Below, piece after piece: positions 40,607 through 50,273 of a DNA stretch of 64,000 bases (the stretch's first letter is position 1; every line of letters starts with the position of its first letter). The notes beneath the pieces are model-generated. The model saw only the letters and a list, made by a program, of their open reading frames with translations, was not told the DNA's origin and did not search any database. The stretch lies in the IMG/VR virus record IMGVR_UViG_3300027849_000009. One strand, written 5' to 3'. The stretch is from a virus. The translations under genes were made by a program, and so were the position numbers.

Positions 40607-41569
40607 ATGAGTGATATAAGCGAAGGCGAAATGGTAGAACTGCCAGGAGAAGAAATAACCGGAATGGAGACGCTAACTGAAGTGCAAGCAAATATGATTG
40701 CTGAAGGTCAAGGCGAAGAGGTAAGTGGACAGATGGACAAGAAAGGTGGTGAACAACAGAAGATTCGTATTGGTGTTATCGGTGACAATGCAGTCGCTCA
40801 AGCAATGCAATTAGCATTTGATGTTAAGTCAGTAGAGACTATGCACGTTTCTGGACTAGAGGGTATCGATGATCTAATTGATTGGAAACCAGGGATCACA
40901 TTCTTATGTACTCCGGTTCCTCTATTGAAGAATGATTCAGTGGATGATGCTGACCTAATCAACATGACTAACAAGTTGATTCGTGGTTGTGGTAGTGGTG
41001 TATGTATCAAATCAAGCATCAATATCGAAACTATTGAGCGTCTGATTAAAGCATTATCGTATGAAATTATGGTAAAGAAAGTTACATACAATCCTGTTAT
41101 GGGTGATGATACTGACATTGGTAACATTCTATCTCCTGAAGTAGAGTATTTCGGTGGTGATCCAGCAGTTATTCCAGAGCATATGAAGATTATTCAACAC
41201 ACTAGTGTATTTTCTGCACAGCAGGTTATTACTGGTTCTATCTTCGAAGTTGCGTATGCTAAGTTGGCAGTAGCAGGTTTCAAAGCAGTGAAGCAAACAT
41301 ACTTTAATCAGTTGCATGATGCAATTATGGACACCGGTGGTGCTAATCCATCTATCGTTCGCCGTATGATTGAGAAAGCGCCTGAACTGATTGATCGTTC
41401 TGTAATGATTCCGACGTTCATTCGTGGTCGTACTGATGCTGGTATTAGTTACAAGCAAGCGCGATCCTTTGGCGGAGAGTTTGAGAATGATGTTCGTATG
41501 TTCGCCAGCACGACTGATAAGTTGCCCTTATTGGATGAATGTATTAACTACAAAAATCTGAAGGATTAA
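40607..41569 (+). CDS. Degenerate UDP-glucose/GDP-mannose dehydrogenase-like protein
   Basis: FLCTPVP, CIKSSI, AKLAVAGFKAVKQTYFNQ; lacks GxGxxG and the catalytic Cys. Confidence 0.65.
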   Translation: MSDISEGEMVELPGEEITGMETLTEVQANMIAEGQGEEVSGQMDKKGGEQQKIRIGVIGDNAVAQAMQLAFDVKSVETMHVSGLEGIDDLIDWKPGITFLCTPVPLLKNDSVDDADLINMTNKLIRGCGSGVCIKSSINIETIERLIKALSYEIMVKKVTYNPVMGDDTDIGNILSPEVEYFGGDPAVIPEHMKIIQHTSVFSAQQVITGSIFEVAYAKLAVAGFKAVKQTYFNQLHDAIMDTGGANPSIVRRMIEKAPELIDRSVMIPTFIRGRTDAGISYKQARSFGGEFENDVRMFASTTDKLPLLDECINYKNLKD

Positions 41570-41572
41570 TAT

Positions 41573-42604
41573 ATGTCTGTTATGGATAAATTGAAAAAGA
41601 ACTCAAAGATTAAGGGCACCAATGTGTTGTCCAAGTCCGAGTTCTTCGGTGAGAAAGAGATGTGTTCTATTGATGTGCCCATGTTAAATGTGGCACTATC
41701 AGGTAAACTTGATGGTGGTTTGGTGTCTGGCATGACTGTACTTGCTGGTCCATCGAAGCACTTCAAGACATCATTTGCTTTAAAGATTGCCTCTGCTTAT
41801 CTGAAATCAGATCCTGAAGCAATCATGTTGTTCTATGATTCTGAGTTTGGTTCACCGCAGTCGTACTTCACTGCATTCGGCATCGATGTGGATCGTGTAC
41901 TCCATACTCCTATTCGTAATGTCGAAGAACTGAAGTTTGATTTGATTGGTCAACTTGAGAGTATCGAGAAGAAAGATAAAGTAATTATTGTTATTGATTC
42001 TATTGGTAACCTAGCGTCCAAGAAAGAACTTCAAGATGCTATTGATGAGAAATCTGTTGCTGATATGTCTCGTGCTAAAGCATTGAAGGGTCTGTTCCGT
42101 ATGACCACTCCTTACTTGACCATGAAGAATATTCCTTTACTTGCTATCAATCACACTTATAAAGAGATTGGTTTGTTCCCTAAAGACATCGTTGGCGGTG
42201 GTACTGGCATCTATTATAGTGCTGATAACATCTGGATCATCGGTCGTCGCCAGAACAAGACGGGTACAGAAGTGATGGGTTATGACTTCATTGTTAAAGT
42301 AGAGAAGTCTCGGTATGTTAAAGAGCAGTCTAAGATTCCGATCACGGTGACGTGGGAAGGTGGTATCGAGCAGTATTCTGGTCTACTTGACATTGCACTT
42401 GGCGGTGGTTATGTTACTAAACCATCTAATGGTTGGTATCAGAAAGCAGGTGAAGATACTAAAGTTCGTCAGAAAGATACTCTCACCGCAGAGTTCTGGG
42501 CAGACATTCTTAATCAGAAAGGTTTCCAAGATTTAGTTGAATCAACCTACTGTATCGGTAAGCGATCAGAGATTGACCTTGACGCATTGATCGAGGAGGG
42601 TTAA
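41573..42604 (+). CDS. uvsX: Recombinase UvsX
   Basis: AGPSKHFKT, FYDSEFG, DSIGNLASKKE. Confidence 0.96.
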   Translation: MSVMDKLKKNSKIKGTNVLSKSEFFGEKEMCSIDVPMLNVALSGKLDGGLVSGMTVLAGPSKHFKTSFALKIASAYLKSDPEAIMLFYDSEFGSPQSYFTAFGIDVDRVLHTPIRNVEELKFDLIGQLESIEKKDKVIIVIDSIGNLASKKELQDAIDEKSVADMSRAKALKGLFRMTTPYLTMKNIPLLAINHTYKEIGLFPKDIVGGGTGIYYSADNIWIIGRRQNKTGTEVMGYDFIVKVEKSRYVKEQSKIPITVTWEGGIEQYSGLLDIALGGGYVTKPSNGWYQKAGEDTKVRQKDTLTAEFWADILNQKGFQDLVESTYCIGKRSEIDLDALIEEG

Positions 42605-42921
42605 TGACTGCTATGGTAGAAGGGACTGACTACGAGTTGGTCCCTGCTGATGGTACTGAAGCACTGAATGACCAAGCGTGGGATGTACGTCTCACGACTG
42701 GTTCGTTCGTTGAAACTGTATTAAGATTCGGTAATATTAAATTTAATGCAGAAGATGGTTGCTTAAACTTCAGTTTTATGATACAATCAACACCTGACGC
42801 CAGTATTAATGAAGAAGACACTGGATTACAGGAACACGCTGGTGCTATACTAGAAAGTATCCTAGAGACGGCAGCACAAGAAGGACAACTACAGTTGGGT
42901 GACCCTGACTCTGAGGAATAG
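42604..42921 (+). CDS. gp40-like head vertex assembly protein
   Basis: Size and position between uvsX and gp41, as in T4. Confidence 0.55.
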   Translation: MTAMVEGTDYELVPADGTEALNDQAWDVRLTTGSFVETVLRFGNIKFNAEDGCLNFSFMIQSTPDASINEEDTGLQEHAGAILESILETAAQEGQLQLGDPDSEE

Positions 42922-42923
42922 AA

Positions 42924-44291
42924 TTGAAGATTGACTTAGAACAAACTATATTAAGAAACTTGTTGACGAATGAACCTTACTTGCGTAAAGTTATTCCTCA
43001 TCTGAAAAAAGAGTACTTCGAAGGTGTTTACTCTTTATTGTTCACTGAAGTCACTAAGTTCGTTAGTAGGTTCAATGCGTTACCTACTATCGAATCATTC
43101 AAGATTGAAATTGACCAATGTGATTTATTCACTGAGCAAACTTACACACACGCGATGGATATTCTGCCAACCATCTTCACTCACTCACCTGAGAACGAAG
43201 ATTGGTTGTTAGAGTCCACTGAGAAGTGGTGCCAAGATCGTGCTGTATATCTCGCTATCATGGAATCGATTGCAGTCATTGATGGTAAACACCAGACGTT
43301 TACTAAAGATGCTCTGCCTGATATTCTCACCGAAGCACTATCAGTATGTTTTGATAACAATGTAGGTCACGATTATCTCGAAGATGTTGAGGGTCGTTAT
43401 AACTTTTACCATGAGCAAGAAGAACGACTGCCGTTTGACTTGTCACAGTTCAATACTATCACTAAGGGTGGATTACCCAATAAGACTTTGAATATCTGTC
43501 TTGCTGGTACTGGTGTTGGTAAGTCTCTGTTCATGTGTCACGTGGCAGCAAATGCTTTATCACAAGGACGTAATGCTCTATACATTACTATGGAGATGGC
43601 AGAAGAGCGTATCGCAGAACGTATTGATGCTAACTTACTGAATGTTCCTATTGACCAGTTAGAGAATATGTCGCAGAAGATGTTCAGTGATAGGGTCAAT
43701 AAAGTCGCTTCGGGTACTAATGGTAAGTTAATCATTAAAGAGTATCCAACTGGTGCGGCACACAGCGGACACTTTCGTGCATTGTTGAACGAATTAAAGT
43801 TGAAAAAGAAGTTCGTTCCTGATATAATATTCATTGACTACTTAAACATATGTGCGAGTGCGAGAATGAAGAGTATGGGTGGAGCAATCAACTCTTATAC
43901 ATATATTAAAGCAATCGCTGAAGAGTTACGCGGTCTTGCTGTAGAGTTCAATGTTCCTATTATGTCTGCGACACAGACTACACGATCTGGATTTGGTAAC
44001 TCTGATCCCGGTCTTGAAGATACTAGTGAATCATTCGGACTACCCGCAACTGCTGATCTAATGTTCGCATTGATTAGTAACGAAGAGTTGTCAAGTCTCA
44101 ATCAAATCATGGTAAAGCAGTTGAAGAATCGTTACAATGATCCGAACGTCGAGAAGCGTTTCGTTATTGGTGTTGATCGTTCTAAGATGCGCCTCTATGA
44201 TATTGATCCTTCGGAGCAGACACTTGCTAATGATGTACCTCAGATGAGTACACCAAATGGTAAGGATCTATCCGGCATCAAAATGTTCTAG
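42924..44291 (+). CDS. gp41: Replicative helicase gp41
   Basis: AGTGVGKS, TMEMAEE, IDYLNI, SATQTTR, KQLKNRY. Confidence 0.97.
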   Translation: MKIDLEQTILRNLLTNEPYLRKVIPHLKKEYFEGVYSLLFTEVTKFVSRFNALPTIESFKIEIDQCDLFTEQTYTHAMDILPTIFTHSPENEDWLLESTEKWCQDRAVYLAIMESIAVIDGKHQTFTKDALPDILTEALSVCFDNNVGHDYLEDVEGRYNFYHEQEERLPFDLSQFNTITKGGLPNKTLNICLAGTGVGKSLFMCHVAANALSQGRNALYITMEMAEERIAERIDANLLNVPIDQLENMSQKMFSDRVNKVASGTNGKLIIKEYPTGAAHSGHFRALLNELKLKKKFVPDIIFIDYLNICASARMKSMGGAINSYTYIKAIAEELRGLAVEFNVPIMSATQTTRSGFGNSDPGLEDTSESFGLPATADLMFALISNEELSSLNQIMVKQLKNRYNDPNVEKRFVIGVDRSKMRLYDIDPSEQTLANDVPQMSTPNGKDLSGIKMF

Positions 44292-44301
44292 GAGAATAGA
44301 A

Positions 44302-44505
44302 ATGGATCCAGTTTTACATACATTATTAGCAATTAGTTGCATGGCAGTATCATACTATGTAGGTAAAGCAGTAGGAGTAAGAGAGGGGATGTCAGACGTA
44401 TGGCAGTCCCTGCTTACATTATTTAAAGCAAAGAGTATCGAAGTCGATGATGACCTGAACATGTTCATTACTGATTACGATGGAAACGATAGAAAAATTA
44501 ATTAA
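44302..44505 (+). CDS. Small membrane protein
   Basis: AGGAG RBS; N-terminal hydrophobic helix. Confidence 0.6.
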   Translation: MDPVLHTLLAISCMAVSYYVGKAVGVREGMSDVWQSLLTLFKAKSIEVDDDLNMFITDYDGNDRKIN

Positions 44506-44518
44506 TAGGAATTATATT

Positions 44519-45043
44519 ATGTTAGTCCCAGATACAATGTTTTATATGAGAGTACCATTTTTTAGCGACGATGCAAATCCATTCGCGTGGTCGTACAAGA
44601 CCAGCAAAGATTTATTTGCAGGAAAGAATGTGATCATCTTTGGTCTACCAGGAGCGTTCACTCCCACTTGTTCTAATGAGCAACTACCGGGTTATGAGGG
44701 ACTTTATAATGAGTTCATGGAAGCGGGTATTGATGAAGTGTGGTGCACCTCGGTGAACGATGCTTTCAGTATGTTCCAGTGGGCAAAGAATCTTGGTATT
44801 GAGAATGTTAAGATGTTGCCTGATGGTAATGGAGACTTCGCAGAGAGTCTAGGAATGTTAGTTGACAAGTCTAATCTTGGATTCGGTAAGCGTTCTTGGA
44901 GATACTCTATGCTAGTTCAAGATATGAGAATTACTAAAATGTTCGAAGAGCGAGGATTCGGTAATAATTGTCCTACAGATCCCTTTGAAGTATCAGATGC
45001 GCAGACCATGTTAATTGAGGTGACCAAAAATGCCGAACTATAA
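44519..45043 (+). CDS. Peroxiredoxin (Prx5/type II)
   Basis: LPGAFTPTCS, SVNDAF, DGNGDF, RSWRYSM. Confidence 0.93.
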   Translation: MLVPDTMFYMRVPFFSDDANPFAWSYKTSKDLFAGKNVIIFGLPGAFTPTCSNEQLPGYEGLYNEFMEAGIDEVWCTSVNDAFSMFQWAKNLGIENVKMLPDGNGDFAESLGMLVDKSNLGFGKRSWRYSMLVQDMRITKMFEERGFGNNCPTDPFEVSDAQTMLIEVTKNAEL

Positions 45044-45539
45044 ATTTAGAGAAGACGAACTGATTGCTGAGTTCATGAAGTATATTGACCAGACTTATGG
45101 TGGTCATTATGGACAGGGCGGATTACAGTCGAGCGAAGTAATCGTTGATCGTGGTCATGGTATTGGATTCTTTCTTGGTAATGTTGACAAGTACAATGGT
45201 CGATATGGTAAGAAGGGTGAACCCGCAGATCACCGCAAAGATATTGTAAAGATTATTCATTATGGATTTCTTGCACTGTATGAGCATGATCGTATCCATG
45301 AAGTGTCAGCGCCGACAGAAGATTTTTCATATGACGCGGCAAGTCATGTTGGCACACCCGAAGGTTATGATGTAACATTTGACTTCCCACGTGAAGATGT
45401 AATTGAAACTAAGTTATCATTCGAAGATATAAATTGGTTGAATGTAAACTCAACTGATGCTAGATCATTGAATGATGTTTCGCCTCAAGAGTGGGATAGA
45501 GTAGGCAAAGCATTTCTTGAAAAGGAATTAGCGAAGTGA
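45030..45539 (+). CDS. DUF3310-like (nucleotide kinase-like) phage protein
   Basis: TYGGHY, FFLGNVDKYNGRYGKKG, KDIVKIIHY. Confidence 0.6.
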   Translation: MPNYKFREDELIAEFMKYIDQTYGGHYGQGGLQSSEVIVDRGHGIGFFLGNVDKYNGRYGKKGEPADHRKDIVKIIHYGFLALYEHDRIHEVSAPTEDFSYDAASHVGTPEGYDVTFDFPREDVIETKLSFEDINWLNVNSTDARSLNDVSPQEWDRVGKAFLEKELAK

Positions 45540-45778
45540 GTGACATCTTCGATTTTGGATTCACAGCAGTTACAGAGGACGAACTTGAAACTGTAACTGT
45601 TGCAAAAGAAAGTGAGATTTTGGTTGCAAATAGGTTAGATATGTTGTATAATGGCATTCTACCATTGTTAGAGAACTTAAAGAAAAACCCAGAAAAAGAT
45701 TACATTTATTGGCCAAATAGAACTGGCAAAGTAGAAGAGTTTGAAAAACACTTAAAGAAAATCTACCAAGGAGAATAA
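45536..45778 (+). CDS. Conserved hypothetical phage protein
   Basis: FDFGFTAVTEDEL, NPEKDYIYWPNR. Confidence 0.65.
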   Translation: MSDIFDFGFTAVTEDELETVTVAKESEILVANRLDMLYNGILPLLENLKKNPEKDYIYWPNRTGKVEEFEKHLKKIYQGE

Positions 45779-45889
45779 CATTGCGATCAAACACTGCTCA
45801 AGTAAGGACACTACAGAGAAGACAGCGATCAGTATGGGATTTAATTGAGAGACAAGACAAAGCGAGACTAATTAATAATGAGGTATTGG

Positions 45890-46189
45890 ATGATAGAAGC
45901 GAGAATAGAGCAAGTAAAGCAGTGGCACATAGATCGGAATCTGATTGATGGTGCAACTGACAAGGATCAAGTTTGTAAGTTGATTCAGGAAGTAGGTGAG
46001 TTATCCGATAACGTCTGTAAGAATTTAGATGTAGCAGACGATATTGGTGACATCATGGTAGTATTGATTAACATTGCAGAGCGTAATGGTTTATCATTAG
46101 AACATTGTTTAGATGTTGCATACGATGATATTAAGGACCGAAAGGGTCGAATGGTTGATGGTATATTTGTTAAGGAAGGTGATTTATGA
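45890..46189 (+). CDS. MazG-like NTP pyrophosphohydrolase
   Basis: KLIQEVGEL, DDIGDIMVVL, AYDDIKDRKG. Confidence 0.85.
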   Translation: MIEARIEQVKQWHIDRNLIDGATDKDQVCKLIQEVGELSDNVCKNLDVADDIGDIMVVLINIAERNGLSLEHCLDVAYDDIKDRKGRMVDGIFVKEGDL

Positions 46190-46443
46190 ATAAAGAAGAA
46201 TTTTTATTAGCGGCACAAGCAGGCGTAGTTACAGTTCAGTTCGAGAAGATTAATGATGGCGGCACAAGGATCATGCCTTGCACCCTCAATCGAGCATTGT
46301 CTCAAGATAATGTACCTGAGATACTAGAGCAGAAATCAGAAAACGACCACTTCGCTGTCTGGTCATTAGACAAAGAAGCATGGCGATCCTTTCGAGTTGA
46401 CACCGTGACTGACTGGTACGAGGGTTATCCACCCGAAGCATAA
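46186..46443 (+). CDS. WYL_2/SH3-like small protein
   Basis: VQFEKINDGGTRIMPCTL, WSLDKEAWRSFR. Confidence 0.7.
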   Translation: MNKEEFLLAAQAGVVTVQFEKINDGGTRIMPCTLNRALSQDNVPEILEQKSENDHFAVWSLDKEAWRSFRVDTVTDWYEGYPPEA

Positions 46444-46446
46444 GAA

Positions 46447-46511
46447 GTTATGTTCTTATAACAAAACAATCTAAGCGAACTGTTGACAGCAGTTCGTTTT
46501 TTTGCTATAAT
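46447..46511 (+). promoter_or_regulatory. Class A early cassette promoter: palindrome, hairpin and consensus promoter
   Basis: GTTAT-N6-ATAAC 46447-46462, 20 bp, TTGACA 46483, 17 bp, TATAAT 46506. Confidence 0.85.
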
Positions 46512-46546
46512 AGTGTCTGATTTGATTGATTTGTAAAGGATATATT

Positions 46547-46702
46547 ATGAGTGTTTTAGTTGATATGAGTACTGGACGTTTTGTTGAGTTTGGTTGTTTT
46601 GGCAATATTGCTGAGTATGTACAGAGTTTAGATTCTGCGGGTGTTGAACACACCTACCGTATCTTTCTGGATGCAGAAGAAGCATATGCCGAAGTGTCAT
46701 AA
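46547..46702 (+). CDS. 51-aa hypothetical early protein (not in ORF track)
   Basis: AAGGA RBS; MSVLVDMSTGRFVEFGCFG..; fills the gap between two promoters. Confidence 0.65.
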   Translation: MSVLVDMSTGRFVEFGCFGNIAEYVQSLDSAGVEHTYRIFLDAEEAYAEVS

Positions 46703-46708
46703 GTTTCA

Positions 46709-46774
46709 TGAATGATCACTATTCACGATAAAAATGTGGATAGTGTTGACATACCAAGCAAACATTGATATAAT
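46709..46774 (+). promoter_or_regulatory. Class B early cassette promoter
   Basis: TGAAT-N7-ATTCA 46709-46725, 20 bp, TTGACA 46746, 17 bp, TATAAT 46769. Confidence 0.85.
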
Positions 46775-46804
46775 AACACCTGATTCGAACGATTACTGAG
46801 AGAT

Positions 46805-47215
46805 ATGATTATGGCGTATGTAAGTCAAGAAATGAAAAAAGAATTCGCTCCTGCTATCAAAGCAGTCCTCAAGAAGTACAACATGAAAGGTAGTATTGCC
46901 GTTCGTCACCACAGCGTTTTGGTTGTAAACATCAAGAGTGGTGCTTTAGACATTCTCGGTTCTTTGCCTGTCAGTGAGTACGGACCGCGTGATTACGTTC
47001 AAGTCAACGAACACTGGATCAAAGAGAACTATGATGATGCCACTGTTGTTGCGTTCCTGACTGAACTGAAAGATGCGATGAAAGGACCAGACTTCTTCGA
47101 TGAATCTGATGCAATGACTGATTACTTCAACGTCAGTCACTACCTCTCTATGAATGTTGGAAACTACAACACTCCTTACATCTATACTCCCCTTGAACTG
47201 AAGAAGGCAGCATAA
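46805..47215 (+). CDS. Early protein, LPD29-like domain
   Basis: FDESDAMTDYF motif. Confidence 0.55.
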   Translation: MIMAYVSQEMKKEFAPAIKAVLKKYNMKGSIAVRHHSVLVVNIKSGALDILGSLPVSEYGPRDYVQVNEHWIKENYDDATVVAFLTELKDAMKGPDFFDESDAMTDYFNVSHYLSMNVGNYNTPYIYTPLELKKAA

Positions 47216-47216
47216 A

Positions 47217-47366
47217 ATGAACGTAATGAATCTCGAATATATCGACAGTTTAGGCGAGAGACACATTGTATGGAACGTAGCAGATCCCGAGCAGTTGAAA
47301 CGTAATCTGATTGCTCTGAATGTTCCTGCTGAGAATATTGAAATCTACGAAAAGGATGTATCATGA
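47217..47366 (+). CDS. 49-aa hypothetical protein (not in ORF track)
   Basis: Translated by hand; abuts its neighbours. Confidence 0.5.
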   Translation: MNVMNLEYIDSLGERHIVWNVADPEQLKRNLIALNVPAENIEIYEKDVS

Positions 47367-47512
47367 AACGACAACATAAGGTTATAATGCTTTTTCTACC
47401 CATGTTAATCTGGGACACGTATTACTATTTGCTCAAGCATTTGTACAGATTAAGCACCAATATAGATAAAGTAGGCGGCAACAAAATAGAGAACTTTCTA
47501 GGTGACGAATAA
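47363..47512 (+). CDS. 49-aa hypothetical protein (not in ORF track)
   Basis: ATGA overlap; AAGGA RBS. Confidence 0.45.
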   Translation: MKRQHKVIMLFLPMLIWDTYYYLLKHLYRLSTNIDKVGGNKIENFLGDE

Positions 47513-48293
47513 ATTGAAAAAGAAAATTATAATTGCTGGTTATGGTCCAGTAGGTCAAGCGATACACGCGGCACTAAAAGAACATCCTAAGATTGAACTT
47601 CTTATCGATGATCCTTACCTGGGTCTCTATGTCGATGAGGATGTAATCGTCGAAGGCGTAATCGTGTGTGTTGCTACTCCTCAGGGAGATGATGGCAAGT
47701 GTGATACGACTGCATTAGAAGAAGTATTTTCTAAGTACGGTGATGTAAAGTATTTGGTCAAGTCAACAACTGATCCAGTCTTCTTCGACTTCCGTGATGA
47801 AAACATTACATTTAGTCCTGAGTACATTCGCGGTACGACTAGTTTCAACTACCTCAAAGACTTCACCGATTCCACGTTTGCGGTCTACGGTGGTGGTGAG
47901 ATGCGATATTGGCACGAACTGCTTAAACCAGTTATGCCTAATCTGAAAGATGTGAGGTTCTTACCTGATGCATCACAGGCAGCATTCACTAAATACTTCC
48001 TCAACTGTTATCTGGCGACCAAGGTATCATTCTTTAATCAGATGTTCCAAGTGTTCGAGGACTATAGAGGCGGTGACGTATCTGATTTTGATTGTGTGAT
48101 CGATGCGTTATGTTTAGACCCGAGAGTGTCTGACTCTCATACACAAGTGCCTGGTCCTGACGGCGAGTTCGGTTACGGTGGACATTGTTTCCCCAAAGAC
48201 ATGAGTGCAATGATTCAGGTAGGCAAAGAGTTGGGAACTGATATGACGTTCCTAGAGAATGTGGTTGAAGCGAACGAAAGGAACAGGAGTTAA
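47502..48293 (+). CDS. UDP-glucose 6-dehydrogenase-like protein (short form)
   Basis: GYGPVG, VCVATP, FSPEY, TKYFLNCYLATKVSFFN, GYGGHCFPKD with catalytic Cys. Confidence 0.88.
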   Translation: MTNKLKKKIIIAGYGPVGQAIHAALKEHPKIELLIDDPYLGLYVDEDVIVEGVIVCVATPQGDDGKCDTTALEEVFSKYGDVKYLVKSTTDPVFFDFRDENITFSPEYIRGTTSFNYLKDFTDSTFAVYGGGEMRYWHELLKPVMPNLKDVRFLPDASQAAFTKYFLNCYLATKVSFFNQMFQVFEDYRGGDVSDFDCVIDALCLDPRVSDSHTQVPGPDGEFGYGGHCFPKDMSAMIQVGKELGTDMTFLENVVEANERNRS

Positions 48294-48295
48294 AC

Positions 48296-48493
48296 ATGAG
48301 CGTAATCGATTTTATTATTCTGGCAATCTCAATGTATGCTTTATATTGGGTAATCAGAGGTTTGATTGGGTTTGCAAAATTGTACTGGACAGAGATTTTA
48401 GATGAAGACGAACGGTCGTTTTTCCGTGATCCTGTAGCGTACACAAGAAAGTCTGCTAAAGACGATAAGGACGAGAGTGATGGAACTGGGTGA
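48296..48493 (+). CDS. Small membrane protein
   Basis: N-terminal TM helix; AGGAG RBS. Confidence 0.55.
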   Translation: MSVIDFIILAISMYALYWVIRGLIGFAKLYWTEILDEDERSFFRDPVAYTRKSAKDDKDESDGTG

Positions 48494-48590
48494 TTTAGAT
48501 AGCGGACATTATATAGGAATGGTATTCATTACTGTCCTGATGTTTGTATGGTTAGCATTTGATTTAAGAGAGGATGATGATGATGAGTAA
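48480..48590 (+). CDS. 36-aa TM peptide (not in ORF track)
   Basis: MELGDLDSGHIIGMVFITVLMFVWLAFDLREDDDDE. Confidence 0.45.
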   Translation: MELGDLDSGHYIGMVFITVLMFVWLAFDLREDDDDE

Positions 48591-48855
48591 AATGATTGTA
48601 TTGAATAAGTTTGTAGTAGTGAAAGAAATAGCGGTAGCAGATACAGAATTAGCAAGTGGTATTATTCTATCGGGTGATATTACAACGGGTAATAAACCTG
48701 CTGAAGTGGTTGCTGTCGGTGCTGAGTGTGAATACATTGTTCCTGGTATCAACGTGATCCTTGATTGGACCAAAGCAATGCCATTCGAAAGTGAAAGTGT
48801 AAAGTTAGCGGTTATTGCTTACGAACACGTTAAGGTGATTCTCAATGTCGATTAA
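48574..48855 (+). CDS. GroES-like co-chaperonin
   Basis: VVVKEI..TELASGIIL mobile loop, AEVVAVG. Confidence 0.8.
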   Translation: MMMMSKMIVLNKFVVVKEIAVADTELASGIILSGDITTGNKPAEVVAVGAECEYIVPGINVILDWTKAMPFESESVKLAVIAYEHVKVILNVD

Positions 48856-49045
48856 TATTGAATTGGAACATGAGCAAGTCGATGCTATTATGGTGCAAGA
48901 GTTGACGCGCCAGATTGATGACTTCGAAGCGAACAAGCATCCACCCGGCATGACAATATTTGATGACGATCCAGTGAAAGATGCTGTATTGATTCAGCAA
49001 CAGATCGATGCTATGCGCCTAGTTAGGGAATGGTACACTGCATGA
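48845..49045 (+). CDS. Hypothetical protein
   Basis: ORF coupled to its neighbours. Confidence 0.55.
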   Translation: MSINIELEHEQVDAIMVQELTRQIDDFEANKHPPGMTIFDDDPVKDAVLIQQQIDAMRLVREWYTA

Positions 49046-49158
49046 TTATCAAGATAGAGGTCGAGATCGATACTAATGATAACCGCGACCAGCAATCTAT
49101 AATGGAATTAATAGAAATACTTAAAGACTTTGGAAGTCGAGAAACGGAGGAAGAGTAA
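49042..49158 (+). CDS. 38-aa hypothetical protein (not in ORF track)
   Basis: ATGA and TAATG overlaps on either side. Confidence 0.5.
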   Translation: MIIKIEVEIDTNDNRDQQSIMELIEILKDFGSRETEEE

Positions 49159-50273
49159 TGAGTTATGAGTTTACCAGCGAGAGTGTTAGTGAGGGGCATC
49201 CGGACAAGATAGCGGACCTCATCTCTGACAGTATCGCAGATTTTCTTATTGAGAAGAACCCAAACAATCGTGCGGCAATCGAAACCCTAGTGACTAGCAA
49301 TACCGTGGTAGTTGCAGGCGAATATAAAAGTGATACTCCTATGTCGATGAAAACTCGATTTAGAATTGAGGGTATTATTCGTCGTGTTGTGCGCGAGATT
49401 GGGTATGAGCAAGAGAATTTTCATTGGGACACATTAGATGTTGTCAATCTTATCCATGGTCAGAGTCCTGATATTGCTTTAGGCACTGATGACTTTGGTG
49501 CTGGCGATCAGGGTTTGATGTTTGGTTATGCGTGTACCGAGACCGAAGACTTTATGCCGAGTGCGATATATCACAGTCACAAGATACTTCAACTATTGAC
49601 CGAAGAGCGAAAGAGTGGTCGTGCTGAATATCTGGGTCCTGATGCTAAAGCACAGGTGACGATGGAGTACAACGATGATGGCACTCCTCTACGCATTAGT
49701 AAAGTTGTTTGTAGTAGTCAACACACAGAAGATTATCCATTCGATATTATTCGGACGTTCATCACCCAGATTGTCAAGCGGGCAATTACTGGTTACTTCG
49801 ATGAAGATACAGAGTTCTTAATCAATCCGACTGGTAGATTCATCATTGGTGGTCCAGACGGTGATACAGGCGTAACTGGTCGAAAGATCATCGTAGACAC
49901 CTATGGTGGATACGCACCGCACGGAGGTGGAGCGTTTAGCGGTAAAGACTGTACTAAAGTCGATAGAAGTGGCGCATATATGGCGAGATATCTTGCTAAA
50001 AACATTGTTGCCTCAACCTTTGCTGACACTTGTACTGTTCAATTAAGTTATGCGATTGGTGTGAAAGAACCAACAAGTCTACACGTATTTGCTGACGGTA
50101 AGGTTAGAAACGATCTAGCGGCATTGATTCGTGAAAAAGTTGACCTAACACCAAAAGGAATCATTGACAAGTTCGACCTGTTTATGTTACAATTAGAACT
50201 TACTACTAACTATGGTCATTTCGGCAAAGCAGACTTACCATGGGAAAGACTTGATTTAGACTTAGGTGAATAA
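49158..50273 (+). CDS. metK: S-adenosylmethionine synthetase
   Basis: FTSESVSEGHPDK, GAGDQG, GRKIIVDTYGG, GGGAFSGKD. Confidence 0.97.
   Translation: MSYEFTSESVSEGHPDKIADLISDSIADFLIEKNPNNRAAIETLVTSNTVVVAGEYKSDTPMSMKTRFRIEGIIRRVVREIGYEQENFHWDTLDVVNLIHGQSPDIALGTDDFGAGDQGLMFGYACTETEDFMPSAIYHSHKILQLLTEERKSGRAEYLGPDAKAQVTMEYNDDGTPLRISKVVCSSQHTEDYPFDIIRTFITQIVKRAITGYFDEDTEFLINPTGRFIIGGPDGDTGVTGRKIIVDTYGGYAPHGGGAFSGKDCTKVDRSGAYMARYLAKNIVASTFADTCTVQLSYAIGVKEPTSLHVFADGKVRNDLAALIREKVDLTPKGIIDKFDLFMLQLELTTNYGHFGKADLPWERLDLDLGE

Noticed and set aside
14429-44291. Inteins or introns in gp17, gp43, gp41, uvsW or uvsX
   Set aside because: All have ordinary lengths and contiguous motifs.
45781-45948. Possible 55-aa TTG-start ORF after an AAGGAG
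   Set aside because: Overlaps the mazG-like gene by ~60 nt and has no motif; too weak to list as a feature.
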